DNA from: Mycobacterium tuberculosis H37Rv
GTDB lineage: Bacteria; Actinomycetota; Actinomycetes; Mycobacteriales; Mycobacteriaceae
Length of the DNA stretch: 32,000 bases
Assembly (NCBI RefSeq): GCF_000195955.2
Contig: NC_000962.3
Coordinates: 2,880,001-2,912,000 of the forward strand
Direction of reading: 5' to 3'
The notes beneath the pieces were generated by a model. It was not told the origin of the DNA. It saw nothing but the letters and a program-made list of their open reading frames with translations, and made no database searches. The position numbers and the translations under genes are program-made. Positions 9,401 to 17,895 of this stretch are shown here, piece by piece; the first letter of the stretch is position 1, and the number at the start of each line of letters is the position of its first letter.

Positions 9401-9795
9401 CCTGTAACGGCTACCCGATGCCGTTGCTGGCTACCGACAACCCCGACATCCACGTGGGTGGTGTGCGGTTCAAAGCGTGGCAGCCGCCCAGCGCGCTACA
9501 CCCGACCATCACGGTCGACGGCCCGTTGCGGTTCGAGCTCATCGACATCGCCACCGCTACCTCGTGCGGCGGCTGTACCTACCATGTCGCCCATCCGGGC
9601 GGCCGCGCCTACGACGAGCCCCCGGTCAACGCTGTGGAGGCGGAGGCCCGCCGCGCCCGGCGCTTCGAGGCGACCGGCTTCACCCCGGGCAAGCTCGACC
9701 TGTCCGACATCCGGGAGAAACAGGCCAGGATATCCACCGATATCGGCGCGCCGGGCATCCTCGACCTACGACGCGTGCGTACCGTGCAACAGTAA
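6454..9795 (+). CDS. Transglutaminase-like + DUF2126 large protein (Rv2566-like)
   Basis: MSIKVALEHRTSYTFDRLVRVYPHIVRLRPAP transglutaminase N-terminal region; GSCRDSAWLL / DLHAWAEAY / GLDPTSG give Cys-His-Asp triad; long DUF2126-like C-terminus. ORF remains open upstream, so GTG at 6373 or 6325 is also possible. Confidence 0.9.
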   Translation: MSIKVALEHRTSYTFDRLVRVYPHIVRLRPAPHSRTSIEAYSLRIEPADHFINWQQDALGNFLARLVFPNPMRQLRITVGLIADLKVINPFDFFIEDWAEIWPCAGMAYPKALADDLRPYLRPVDEDGDGSGPGELTQAWVRNFTVPDGTRTIDFLVALNRAINADVGYCVRMEPGVQTPDFTLRTGVGSCRDSAWLLVSILRQFGLAARFVSGYLVQLASDIEALDGPSGPAADFTDLHAWAEAYIPGAGWIGLDPTSGLLAGEGHIPLAATPHPASAAPISGGTDVCDTVLEFSNTVTRVHEDPRVTLPYTDESWKTICEVGQRVDERLAAADVRLTVGGEPTFVSVDNQVAEEWRTAADGPHKRERASDLAARLKAVWAPQGLIHRGQGRWYPGEPLPRWQIALYWRTDGRPLWTNDALLADPWGAPPADPVDDDAAYRVLAGIADGLGLPISQVRPAYEDPLSRLAAAVRMPAGDPVESGDDLGCDTNPDTPTGRAALLARLDEAITSPAAYVLPLHRRDDGQGWASANWRLRRGRIVLLEGDSPAGLRLPLDSISWRPPRASFDADPVAVRSTLPAELHTDRAVVEDPETAPTTALVAEVRGGLVHIFLPPTDALEHFIDLVARVEAAATTANCPVVIEGYGPPPDPRLTSTTITPDPGVIEVNIAPTASFAEQRQQLETLYQQARLARLTTEAFDVDGTHGGTGGGNHITLGGVTPADSPLLRRPDLLVSLLTYWQRHPSLSYLFAGRFVGTTSQAPRVDEGRAEALYELEIAFAEILRLSPSSGGGRPQPWVTDRALRHLLTDITGNTHRAEFCIDKLYSPDSARGRLGLLELRGFEMPPHLHMAMVQSLLVRSLVAWFWDQPLRAPLIRHGANLHGRYLLPHFLIHDIADVAADLRAHGIAFETSWLDPFTEFRFPRIGTAVFDGIEIELRGAIEPWHTLGEEATAAGTARYVDSSVERIQVRIIGADRHRYVVTCNGYPMPLLATDNPDIHVGGVRFKAWQPPSALHPTITVDGPLRFELIDIATATSCGGCTYHVAHPGGRAYDEPPVNAVEAEARRARRFEATGFTPGKLDLSDIREKQARISTDIGAPGILDLRRVRTVQQ

Positions 9796-12449
9796 TGGCA
9801 CCCTCAGCTTCTGCCGCTACCAACGGCTACGACGTCGACCGCCTGCTGGCCGGATACCGCACCGCGCGTGCCCAGGAAACACTGTTCGACCTGCGGGACG
9901 GCCCGGGAGCCGGCTATGACGAATTCGTCGACGACGACGGCAACGTGCGACCGACCTGGACCGAGCTCGCCGACGCGGTCGCCGAACGTGGCAAGGCGGG
10001 GCTGGACCGGCTGCGCTCGGTGGTGCACAGCCTGATCGACCACGACGGCATCACCTACACCGCAATCGATGCACACCGGGACGCGCTGACCGGCGACCAT
10101 GATCTGGAACCGGGGCCGTGGCGCCTGGACCCGCTGCCGCTGGTGATTTCCGCGGCCGATTGGGAAGTGCTGGAGGCCGGCTTGGTGCAGCGATCGCGCT
10201 TGCTTGATGCCATCCTCGCGGACTTGTACGGGCCCCGCAGCATGCTCACCGAGGGTGTCCTGCCGCCAGAGATGCTGTTCGCTCATCCCGGCTACGTGCG
10301 TGCCGCTAACGGGATCCAGATGCCTGGGCGCCACCAACTTTTCATGCACGCCTGTGATCTCAGCCGGTTGCCCGACGGGACTTTTCAGGTCAACGCCGAC
10401 TGGACGCAGGCGCCCTCGGGCTCCGGCTATGCGATGGCCGATCGACGTGTCGTCGCGCACGCCGTTCCCGATCTGTACGAGGAACTGGCGCCGCGACCCA
10501 CCACACCGTTCGCCCAGGCGCTCCGGCTGGCACTGATTGACGCGGCACCCGATGTCGCCCAAGACCCCGTCGTGGTGGTGCTCAGCCCGGGCATCTATTC
10601 AGAAACCGCTTTCGACCAGGCGTATCTCGCAACGCTGCTGGGTTTCCCGCTAGTGGAAAGCGCGGACCTGGTGGTGCGCGACGGCAAGCTGTGGATGCGT
10701 TCGCTGGGCACGCTGAAACGCGTTGACGTCGTTCTTCGCCGCGTCGATGCCCACTACGCGGATCCACTGGATCTACGCGCCGATTCCAGGCTCGGTGTCG
10801 TCGGTTTGGTGGAAGCGCAGCACCGCGGAACAGTGACCGTCGTCAACACGCTGGGCAGCGGCATCCTGGAGAACCCAGGCCTGTTGCGCTTCCTGCCGCA
10901 GCTATCCGAGCGCCTGCTCGACGAAAGCCCGCTGCTGCACACCGCTCCGGTCTACTGGGGCGGCATCGCCAGCGAACGCTCACACCTACTGGCCAATGTC
11001 TCGTCGCTGCTGATCAAAAGCACTGTCAGCGGGGAAACTCTTGTCGGACCGACACTTTCGTCTGCACAACTGGCCGATCTGGCAGTGCGTATCGAGGCGA
11101 TGCCGTGGCAGTGGGTGGGCCAGGAGCTGCCGCAGTTCTCGTCGGCGCCCACCAACCATGCCGGGGTGTTGTCGTCCGCCGGGGTAGGCATGCGACTGTT
11201 CACCGTTGCCCAGCGCAGTGGTTACGCGCCGATGATCGGCGGCCTCGGCTATGTACTGGCGCCCGGCCCTGCCGCATATACGCTGAAAACCGTTGCAGCA
11301 AAAGATATCTGGGTGCGCCCAACGGAGCGTGCGCATGCCGAGGTGATAACGGTGCCGGTGTTGGCGCCGCCGGCCAAAACCGGAGCGGGCACCTGGGCGG
11401 TCAGCTCTCCGCGCGTGCTGTCCGATCTGTTCTGGATGGGCCGCTACGGCGAGCGCGCGGAGAACATGGCCCGGCTGCTGATCGTCACCCGCGAGCGCTA
11501 CCACGTTTTCCGGCACCAGCAGGACACCGATGAAAGCGAGTGCGTGCCGGTGCTGATGGCCGCGCTGGGCAAGATCACCGGATATGACACCGCAACTGGC
11601 GCCGGCAGCGCTTACGACCGGGCCGACATGATCGCGGTCGCCCCGTCGACACTGTGGTCTTTGACCGTGGATCCGGACCGGCCGGGTTCCCTTGTTCAGT
11701 CGGTGGAGGGGCTGGCACTTGCCGCCCAGGCGGTGCGCGACCAGCTGTCCAACGACACCTGGATGGTGCTGGCCAATGTGGAACGCGCGGTGGAGCACAA
11801 GTCCGACCCGCCGCAGTCGCTGGCAGAGGCGGACGCCGTGCTTGCGTCGGCTCAGGCGGAGACGCTAGCCGGCATGCTGACGTTGTCCGGGGTGGCCGGC
11901 GAGTCGATGGTGCACGACGTGGGCTGGACGATGATGGACATCGGCAAGCGTATCGAACGCGGCCTGTGGCTGACCGCGTTGCTACAAGCCACGTTGAGCA
12001 CCGTGCGCCACCCCGCCGCCGAGCAAGCCATCATCGAGGCAACCCTGGTGGCGTGTGAATCGTCGGTTATCTATCGGCGCCGCACCGTAGGCAAGTTCAG
12101 TGTCGCCGCTGTGACCGAGCTGATGTTGTTCGACGCCCAGAACCCGCGCTCGCTGGTGTATCAGCTGGAACGGCTGCGCGCCGACCTGAAAGACCTGCCT
12201 GGCTCGTCGGGATCGTCTCGTCCGGAACGGATGGTGGACGAGATGAACACCCGCCTGCGCCGCTCACACCCAGAAGAGTTGGAAGAGGTCTCCGCCGACG
12301 GGCTGCGCGCCGAGTTGGCGGAACTGCTGGCCGGGATACATGCCTCGCTGCGTGACGTGGCCGACGTCCTCACCGCCACTCAGTTGGCGTTGCCCGGCGG
12401 CATGCAACCGCTGTGGGGTCCAGACCAACGGCGGGTGATGCCGGCCTAA
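9795..12449 (+). CDS. Circularly permuted ATP-grasp + alpha-E domain protein (COG2308/COG2307 fusion; Rv2567-like)
   Basis: ATG at 9795 overlaps the upstream TAA; 884 aa; MHACDLSRLPDGTFQVNADWTQAPSGSGYAMADRRV permuted ATP-grasp region; C-terminal LFWMGRYGERAENMARLLIVTRERYHVF alpha-E signature. Confidence 0.9.
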   Translation: MAPSASAATNGYDVDRLLAGYRTARAQETLFDLRDGPGAGYDEFVDDDGNVRPTWTELADAVAERGKAGLDRLRSVVHSLIDHDGITYTAIDAHRDALTGDHDLEPGPWRLDPLPLVISAADWEVLEAGLVQRSRLLDAILADLYGPRSMLTEGVLPPEMLFAHPGYVRAANGIQMPGRHQLFMHACDLSRLPDGTFQVNADWTQAPSGSGYAMADRRVVAHAVPDLYEELAPRPTTPFAQALRLALIDAAPDVAQDPVVVVLSPGIYSETAFDQAYLATLLGFPLVESADLVVRDGKLWMRSLGTLKRVDVVLRRVDAHYADPLDLRADSRLGVVGLVEAQHRGTVTVVNTLGSGILENPGLLRFLPQLSERLLDESPLLHTAPVYWGGIASERSHLLANVSSLLIKSTVSGETLVGPTLSSAQLADLAVRIEAMPWQWVGQELPQFSSAPTNHAGVLSSAGVGMRLFTVAQRSGYAPMIGGLGYVLAPGPAAYTLKTVAAKDIWVRPTERAHAEVITVPVLAPPAKTGAGTWAVSSPRVLSDLFWMGRYGERAENMARLLIVTRERYHVFRHQQDTDESECVPVLMAALGKITGYDTATGAGSAYDRADMIAVAPSTLWSLTVDPDRPGSLVQSVEGLALAAQAVRDQLSNDTWMVLANVERAVEHKSDPPQSLAEADAVLASAQAETLAGMLTLSGVAGESMVHDVGWTMMDIGKRIERGLWLTALLQATLSTVRHPAAEQAIIEATLVACESSVIYRRRTVGKFSVAAVTELMLFDAQNPRSLVYQLERLRADLKDLPGSSGSSRPERMVDEMNTRLRRSHPEELEEVSADGLRAELAELLAGIHASLRDVADVLTATQLALPGGMQPLWGPDQRRVMPA

Positions 12450-13471
12450 ACGGTGCGACGGCTGTGAGCCGGCTCGAAATCCGGGGCCACCTCGTCGACG
12501 ACGGTGTGGATGAACCGCATCTTCTCCAGCACAGCGGCCGGCAGCACAAAGGGGTATAGGTCGTCGTGGCCCATCGAGCGATTGACCATGTTCAGCGACC
12601 ACGACAGCGGCAGCCACTTGTCGATGATGGTATTAAAAGCGCTGGGGCCCAACGCCGGCCGGTCGAAGGTTGCCGACGCCGGTGCCAGGCCGCACCAGGC
12701 CGCGGTGTCCAGGGCGTCGCGGATATGCAGGTAATGAGCGAACGTCTCGGCCCAATCCTCACTCGCGTGCATGGTCGCATACGACGAGACAAAGCTGTCC
12801 TGCCAACCTTCCGGCGGGCCGCCACGGTAATGCCGATCCAACGCCTGGGAGTAGTCAGCGTCCGGGTCTCCGAACAACTCGTTGAACCGGGACAGATAGT
12901 CGCTTGACGAGGCGATGAGTCGATAGAAGTAGTAGTGCCCGATCTCGTGGCGGAAGTGCCCAAGCAGGGTCCGATACGGCTCGTCCATCTCGACCCGCAG
13001 CTGCTCCCGATGCACATCGTCGCCTTCGGCGAGATCCAGTGTGATGACTCCGTTCTGGTGTCCGGTGGTCACGTTCTCGTGCGCGCTGGACAATAGCCGG
13101 AAGGCCAACCCATGGTCAGGATCCTGGTCGCGGCCGACGATCGGCAGCTTCAGCTCGTGTAGCTCGGCGATCAGCCGCCGCTTGGCACCTTCGGCTCGGG
13201 CGAACTCCGCCAGCCCGGCGGTGTTGGTATCGCTGGGCCGCTCGATGGTCAGCACACAAGAACTGCAAAGTCCGCCGAGCTGATCACTGGGCACCAGCCA
13301 ATTGCATTGCGCGAGGTGGAGATTGGCGCAGAGTTGGACATCGGCGTCGTCGGCGATGACCAGCAGCGCCATCCGCCCAAGAGAAAACCCCAGCGCGCTG
13401 CCGCACGACAGGCAGGCGGAGTTCTCGAATGCCAGGCGCTGCCCGCAATTTGGACAGTGGAAGTCACGCAT
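12446..13471 (-). CDS. Zinc-ribbon + putative zinc-binding metallopeptidase (Rv2568c-like)
   Basis: 341 aa MRDFHCPNCGQRLAFENSACLSCGSALGF (two CxxC knuckles) and LLGHFRHEIGHYYFYR (HExxH). Confidence 0.88.
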   Translation of the reverse strand: MRDFHCPNCGQRLAFENSACLSCGSALGFSLGRMALLVIADDADVQLCANLHLAQCNWLVPSDQLGGLCSSCVLTIERPSDTNTAGLAEFARAEGAKRRLIAELHELKLPIVGRDQDPDHGLAFRLLSSAHENVTTGHQNGVITLDLAEGDDVHREQLRVEMDEPYRTLLGHFRHEIGHYYFYRLIASSSDYLSRFNELFGDPDADYSQALDRHYRGGPPEGWQDSFVSSYATMHASEDWAETFAHYLHIRDALDTAAWCGLAPASATFDRPALGPSAFNTIIDKWLPLSWSLNMVNRSMGHDDLYPFVLPAAVLEKMRFIHTVVDEVAPDFEPAHSRRTV

Positions 13472-14408
13472 GCAGCGCATCACCTTCGAAGGGCACGACA
13501 TCGACAGAAACGTCGATCACACTGTTCTCGGAGTTGGTGTAGATGATGCCGCGTAGCGGCGGCACGTCTGCGTAGTCGCGGCCGCGGCCCACGACGATGT
13601 AGCGCTGGTCGACCAACTGGTCATTGGTGGGATCCAGCCCCAGCCACTCGAACCGCCCGGGCTGCTGCGGAGTCCACACCGAGGCCCAGGCATGCGTCGC
13701 GTCGATGCCGATCATCCGATCCTTTCCGGGCGGCGGGTCGGTGGCCAGGTAGCCCGACACATAACAGGCCGCCAAACCGTTGGCCCGTAGGCAGGCGATC
13801 GCCAGCCTGGCGAAATCTTGGCATACCCCTTCGCGGGCCAGCAGCACCTCGTTGACTCCTGTGGAAATCGTCGTGGAACCCGAGCGGTAGGTGAAGTCGG
13901 TGTAGATCCGCGACGCGAGATCGCGCAATACCTCGACCAGGGGGCGTTTGGGCAGGAAGCTAGGAGCCGCGTACTCACGCACCGCATCGGTGATCTCCGG
14001 CGGGTTCAAGTCCAGGGTGAACTCGGTGGCTAGCGATCCGGGCAGCCCGGCGGGCCGGGCCGCCTCCCACGGTTGCAGCGCCGGCCCGCTGGTGTAAAGC
14101 CCGGGCGGCGGCGGGGACACGTCGACGATGGAATCGCTGGTGATCGTCAAGGTGCGGTGCGGTTCGGTGACGTGGAAATAGGAGCTGATGTTGCCGTACC
14201 CGTCGCGGCTGGTGGACCGGTCGGCGGGGGCCGGGTCGATGGTCAGCCGGTGTGCGACACAACGCTGCCGCAGCGAATTCCGCGGCGTGAGAAACCCGCG
14301 GCCATAGGAGCTGGTCACCACGTCGGAGTAGCGGTATTCGGTGCGGTGTGTTACTCGATAGCGGTGAGTGCCCGACAACGGCAACGACAACGAGCTATCT
14401 GCTGACAA
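13464..14408 (-). CDS. Transglutaminase-like protein (Rv2569c-like)
   Basis: 314 aa; EGVCQDFARLAIACLRANGL (Cys), DATHAWASVW (His), GLDPTNDQ (Asp); TTG start. Confidence 0.9.
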   Translation of the reverse strand: MSADSSLSLPLSGTHRYRVTHRTEYRYSDVVTSSYGRGFLTPRNSLRQRCVAHRLTIDPAPADRSTSRDGYGNISSYFHVTEPHRTLTITSDSIVDVSPPPPGLYTSGPALQPWEAARPAGLPGSLATEFTLDLNPPEITDAVREYAAPSFLPKRPLVEVLRDLASRIYTDFTYRSGSTTISTGVNEVLLAREGVCQDFARLAIACLRANGLAACYVSGYLATDPPPGKDRMIGIDATHAWASVWTPQQPGRFEWLGLDPTNDQLVDQRYIVVGRGRDYADVPPLRGIIYTNSENSVIDVSVDVVPFEGDALHA

Positions 14409-14415
14409 AAAGCTA

Positions 14416-14421
14416 CCTCCT
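14416..14421 (-). promoter_or_regulatory. Shine-Dalgarno AGGAGG for the TTG-initiated transglutaminase gene
   Basis: Minus strand AGGAGG-TAGCTTT-TTG-TCAGCAGATAGC: 7-nt spacing to TTG at 14408. Confidence 0.7.
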
Positions 14422-14511
14422 GGCTGATCACATCACACGCCGGCGGCTCGTCCGGCGCGATCGTCGCGCAATGTGGCGCCAAGCGCACCATAGCCGGAGC
14501 ACAATTAAAGC

Positions 14512-14901
14512 GTGGCTACCTGGGACGACGTCGCCCGTATCGTGGGTGGGCTGCCGCTGACCGCGGAGCAGGCACCGCACGACTGGCGTGTTGGCCGCAA
14601 GCTGCTGGCCTGGGAACGGCCGCTGCGCAAGTCCGACCGCGAAGCCCTGACCAGGGCCGGATCGGAGCCACCGTCCGGCGACATCGTCGGTGTCCGAGTG
14701 TCGGACGAGGGGGTGAAGTTCGCCTTGATTGCCGACGAGCCGGGCGTGTACTTCACCACCCCGCATTTCGACGGCTATCCAGCGGTGCTGGTCAGGCTGG
14801 CCGAGATCGAGGTTCGCGACCTCGAGGAGTTGATCACCGAGGCCTGGCTGATGCAGGCGCCGAAGCAGCTGGTGCAGGCGTTTCTCGCCAATTCAGGCTG
14901 A
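14512..14901 (+). CDS. MmcQ/YjbR-like small conserved protein (Rv2570-like)
   Basis: 129 aa, GTG start; MATWDDVARIVGGLPLTAEQ...GVYFTTPHFDGYPAVLVRL. Confidence 0.85.
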   Translation: MATWDDVARIVGGLPLTAEQAPHDWRVGRKLLAWERPLRKSDREALTRAGSEPPSGDIVGVRVSDEGVKFALIADEPGVYFTTPHFDGYPAVLVRLAEIEVRDLEELITEAWLMQAPKQLVQAFLANSG

Positions 14902-15960
14902 CATGCCCGACGGGCCCGGGCGTTCGATTACCCGTTGTAGATCGGTGACACACGCTTGGACGATATCGGCGCGCACCACTTCGTTGCTGCCACAAGCAGC
15001 CGATTGCAGTGTCGACGCGGTTGCGCGGGCGGCGGCCGCGTGCTCGTTCGCTGCCGTCGGATCCGCGTCGGCCAGGCCGGTTCCCGCGGCGAGGTCGGTG
15101 AGCACGGCGTGCACGGGCGTTGGCAGCTTATCGCCACCAGGCCCGGCAATGGTGCGAGCCAGATGCAACACCGAACTGACCAGCAGGGCCAGGTAGACGG
15201 CCTGTTGATCGAGATCGCGGACAGTGCTGCGCACCCCCCATCGGCGGGGCGCTCGCCGCGCCACCATGGCAGCGTTGGCGCGCACCTCGATGAGCCCGTT
15301 CAGCTGCTGATGCAGTCGATCAGCGGCTGCCATCGGCCAGTCGGGCGGGGCGCTGGTGGGATCGCTCACCGTGTTCACCAGCTCGGCGAGGATGTCGCGC
15401 ACAGCGGCCAACACGTCGGCGCGCGCACTGCACAGCATGACCACCGGGTCGGGCGGGAAGAGCAGAATGCTGAACACGATAGCCAGCCCACCACCGACCA
15501 GCGCGTCGAAGAGGCGTTCGAAAACCACACTGCCGTTGGACGCGAAGACCAAGACCAGCACCGCGGAGACGGCGGCCTGGTTGATGAACATTAAGCCTTG
15601 CGCGACCAACCCGCGTGCGCACAGCACCGCGACCGACAACGCGATGAACACCACCACACCCATGGCGATCGGTCCGGAACCAAGCAGAGCATGCACGCCA
15701 GCACCCAGCACGATCCCCAGCGCCACCCCGACGATCATCTGTTGGGCACGTCGTGCGCGCAGCACGTTGGTCGCCGACATGCACACCACAGCCGAAATCG
15801 GCGCGAAGAACGCCTGCGGATGGTTGAACACGTCATGGGTGAGATACCACGCGAGGCCGGCGACGACCGATGTCTGGGTGATCGGCCACAGCACGGTGCG
15901 CAACCGTTGGGCGACCGCACGGCCGCCGCAGGCCGTCCTGACTAGCAGCGAAGCGCTCAT
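14893..15960 (-). CDS. FUSC/aromatic-acid-exporter-like membrane protein (Rv2571c-like)
   Basis: 355 aa with about six TM segments; FFAPISAVVCMSATNVLRARRAQQMIVGVALGIVLGAGVHALLG. Confidence 0.85.
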   Translation of the reverse strand: MSASLLVRTACGGRAVAQRLRTVLWPITQTSVVAGLAWYLTHDVFNHPQAFFAPISAVVCMSATNVLRARRAQQMIVGVALGIVLGAGVHALLGSGPIAMGVVVFIALSVAVLCARGLVAQGLMFINQAAVSAVLVLVFASNGSVVFERLFDALVGGGLAIVFSILLFPPDPVVMLCSARADVLAAVRDILAELVNTVSDPTSAPPDWPMAAADRLHQQLNGLIEVRANAAMVARRAPRRWGVRSTVRDLDQQAVYLALLVSSVLHLARTIAGPGGDKLPTPVHAVLTDLAAGTGLADADPTAANEHAAAARATASTLQSAACGSNEVVRADIVQACVTDLQRVIERPGPSGMSA

Positions 15961-16012
15961 GAACGCCTATTTATTCACACTCGGGTGCGACGTCGTAACC
16001 GCAAAGATCTGG

Positions 16013-17803
16013 TCATGCCTGCTGGACCCGCTTGGGCTGGGCATCTATTCCGGACTCCTTACGTTGCTGAGCGGTAATGGGCGCCGGCGCGTCGGTGAGC
16101 GGATCGACGCCGCCGCCGGTCTTCGGGAACGCGATCACCTCACGGATCGAGTCCATCCCGGCCAGCAGCGCGGTGGTCCGGTCCCACCCGAACGCGATTC
16201 CGCCGTGCGGCGGTGCGCCAAACATGAACGCCTCCAACAGGAATCCGAACTTTTCCTCCGCCTCGGCCTTGTCCAGGCCCATCACCGCGAACACCCGTTC
16301 CTGGATATCACGGCGGTGGATACGCACCGAGCCGCCACCGATCTCGTGGCCGTTGCAGACGATGTCGTACGCGTCGGCCAGCACGCTGCCGGTATCGGAT
16401 TCGATGCGGTCCTCCCATTCCGGTTTCGGCGCGGTGAAGGCATGGTGCACCGCGGTCCAGGCCCCCGAGCCGACCGCGACCTCACCGGCGGCGGTCGCTT
16501 CGTCGGCCGGCTCGAACAGCGGCGGGTCAACGACCCAGACGAATGCCCACGCATCGGGGTCAATCAGGCCCAGCCGGTTGGCGATCTCGACGCGGGCCGC
16601 GCCCAGCAGTGCCCGCGACGATTTGACCGGACCGGCCGAGAAGAAGATGCAATCGCCGGGTTTGGCCCCGACATGGTCGGCCAGTCCGGTGCGCTCGGCC
16701 TCGGTCAGGTTTTTGGCCACCGGACCGCCCAGCGTGCCGTCTTCGGCGACCAGCACGTAGGCCAGTCCGCGGTGGCCGCGCTGCTTGGCCCAGTCCTGCC
16801 AGCCGTCCAGCGTGCGCCGCGGCTGCGACGCCCCGCCAGGCATCACCACCGCGCCCACATACGGTGCCTGGAAGACACGAAATGTGGTGTCGGAGAAGAA
16901 ATCCGTGCATTCGACGAGCTCCAGCCCGAACCGCAGGTCGGGTTTGTCCGTACCGAATCGGCGCATCGCTTCGGCATAGCCGATCCGCGGGATGGGCGTC
17001 GGAATCCGGTAGCCTATCAGCGCCCACAGCTCGGTCAGAACTTCCTCGGAGATCGCGATGATGTCCTCGGCGTCGACGAAGCTCATCTCCATATCGAGCT
17101 GGGTGAATTCGGGCTGGCGGTCGGCGCGGAAGTCCTCGTCGCGGTAGCAGCGGGCGATCTGGTAGTAGCGTTCCATCCCCGCCACCATCAGCAGCTGCTT
17201 GAACAGCTGCGGGCTCTGCGGTAGGGCGTAAAACGAACCGGGGTGCAGTCGGGCCGGCACCAGGAAGTCGCGCGCTCCCTCCGGGGTCGAGCGGGTGATC
17301 GTCGGCGTCTCGATCTCGACGAAGTCGTGACGCGCCAGCACCGCGCGCGCAGCGGCATTCACCCGGGAACGCAGTCGAATCGCCGCAGCGGGGTCGTCGC
17401 GGCGCAGATCGAGGTAGCGGTACTTCAGTCGCAACTCCTCACCCGCCGGTTCGTCCAGCTGAAACGGCAGCGGCGCACATTCGCCCAGCACGGTCAACGA
17501 CGTGGCGTTGACCTCGATCTCGCCGGTGGCGATCTCCGGGTTGGCGTTGCCTTCCGGGCGGATCTCGACGACGCCGGCCACCGATACGCAGAATTCCGCA
17601 CGCAGCCGGTGAGCCTGCGCCAGCACCTCAGTGTCCTGGGGGTCGCGGAACACCACCTGTGCGATGCCCGAAGCGTCCCGCAGATCGATGAAGATCACGC
17701 CGCCGTGGTCGCGGCGGCGAGCCACCCAGCCGGCCAATGTCACCTGCTGCCCGGCGTCGCCTTCCCGTAGCAAACCCGCGGCGTGGCTGCGCAGCACAAA
17801 CAC
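16013..17803 (-). CDS. aspS: Aspartyl-tRNA synthetase
   Basis: 596 aa; N-terminal OB domain; [63 protein letters not shown] and [15 protein letters not shown] class II motifs; GTG start. Confidence 0.97.
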   Translation of the reverse strand: MFVLRSHAAGLLREGDAGQQVTLAGWVARRRDHGGVIFIDLRDASGIAQVVFRDPQDTEVLAQAHRLRAEFCVSVAGVVEIRPEGNANPEIATGEIEVNATSLTVLGECAPLPFQLDEPAGEELRLKYRYLDLRRDDPAAAIRLRSRVNAAARAVLARHDFVEIETPTITRSTPEGARDFLVPARLHPGSFYALPQSPQLFKQLLMVAGMERYYQIARCYRDEDFRADRQPEFTQLDMEMSFVDAEDIIAISEEVLTELWALIGYRIPTPIPRIGYAEAMRRFGTDKPDLRFGLELVECTDFFSDTTFRVFQAPYVGAVVMPGGASQPRRTLDGWQDWAKQRGHRGLAYVLVAEDGTLGGPVAKNLTEAERTGLADHVGAKPGDCIFFSAGPVKSSRALLGAARVEIANRLGLIDPDAWAFVWVVDPPLFEPADEATAAGEVAVGSGAWTAVHHAFTAPKPEWEDRIESDTGSVLADAYDIVCNGHEIGGGSVRIHRRDIQERVFAVMGLDKAEAEEKFGFLLEAFMFGAPPHGGIAFGWDRTTALLAGMDSIREVIAFPKTGGGVDPLTDAPAPITAQQRKESGIDAQPKRVQQA

Positions 17804-17895
17804 TCCCCTTCAACCGGATTAACCGACTGCTCAGTCTAGAGGTGCCCGCGGCGCACATCGGTCACGCAGGATAATTTCGGCTCATCTCAACAAAC

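Noticed and set aside
15356-17224. 622-aa plus-strand ORF opposite aspS and the FUSC-like gene
   Set aside because: Shadow ORF: low-complexity antisense composition over well-supported aspS, expected in a high-GC genome.
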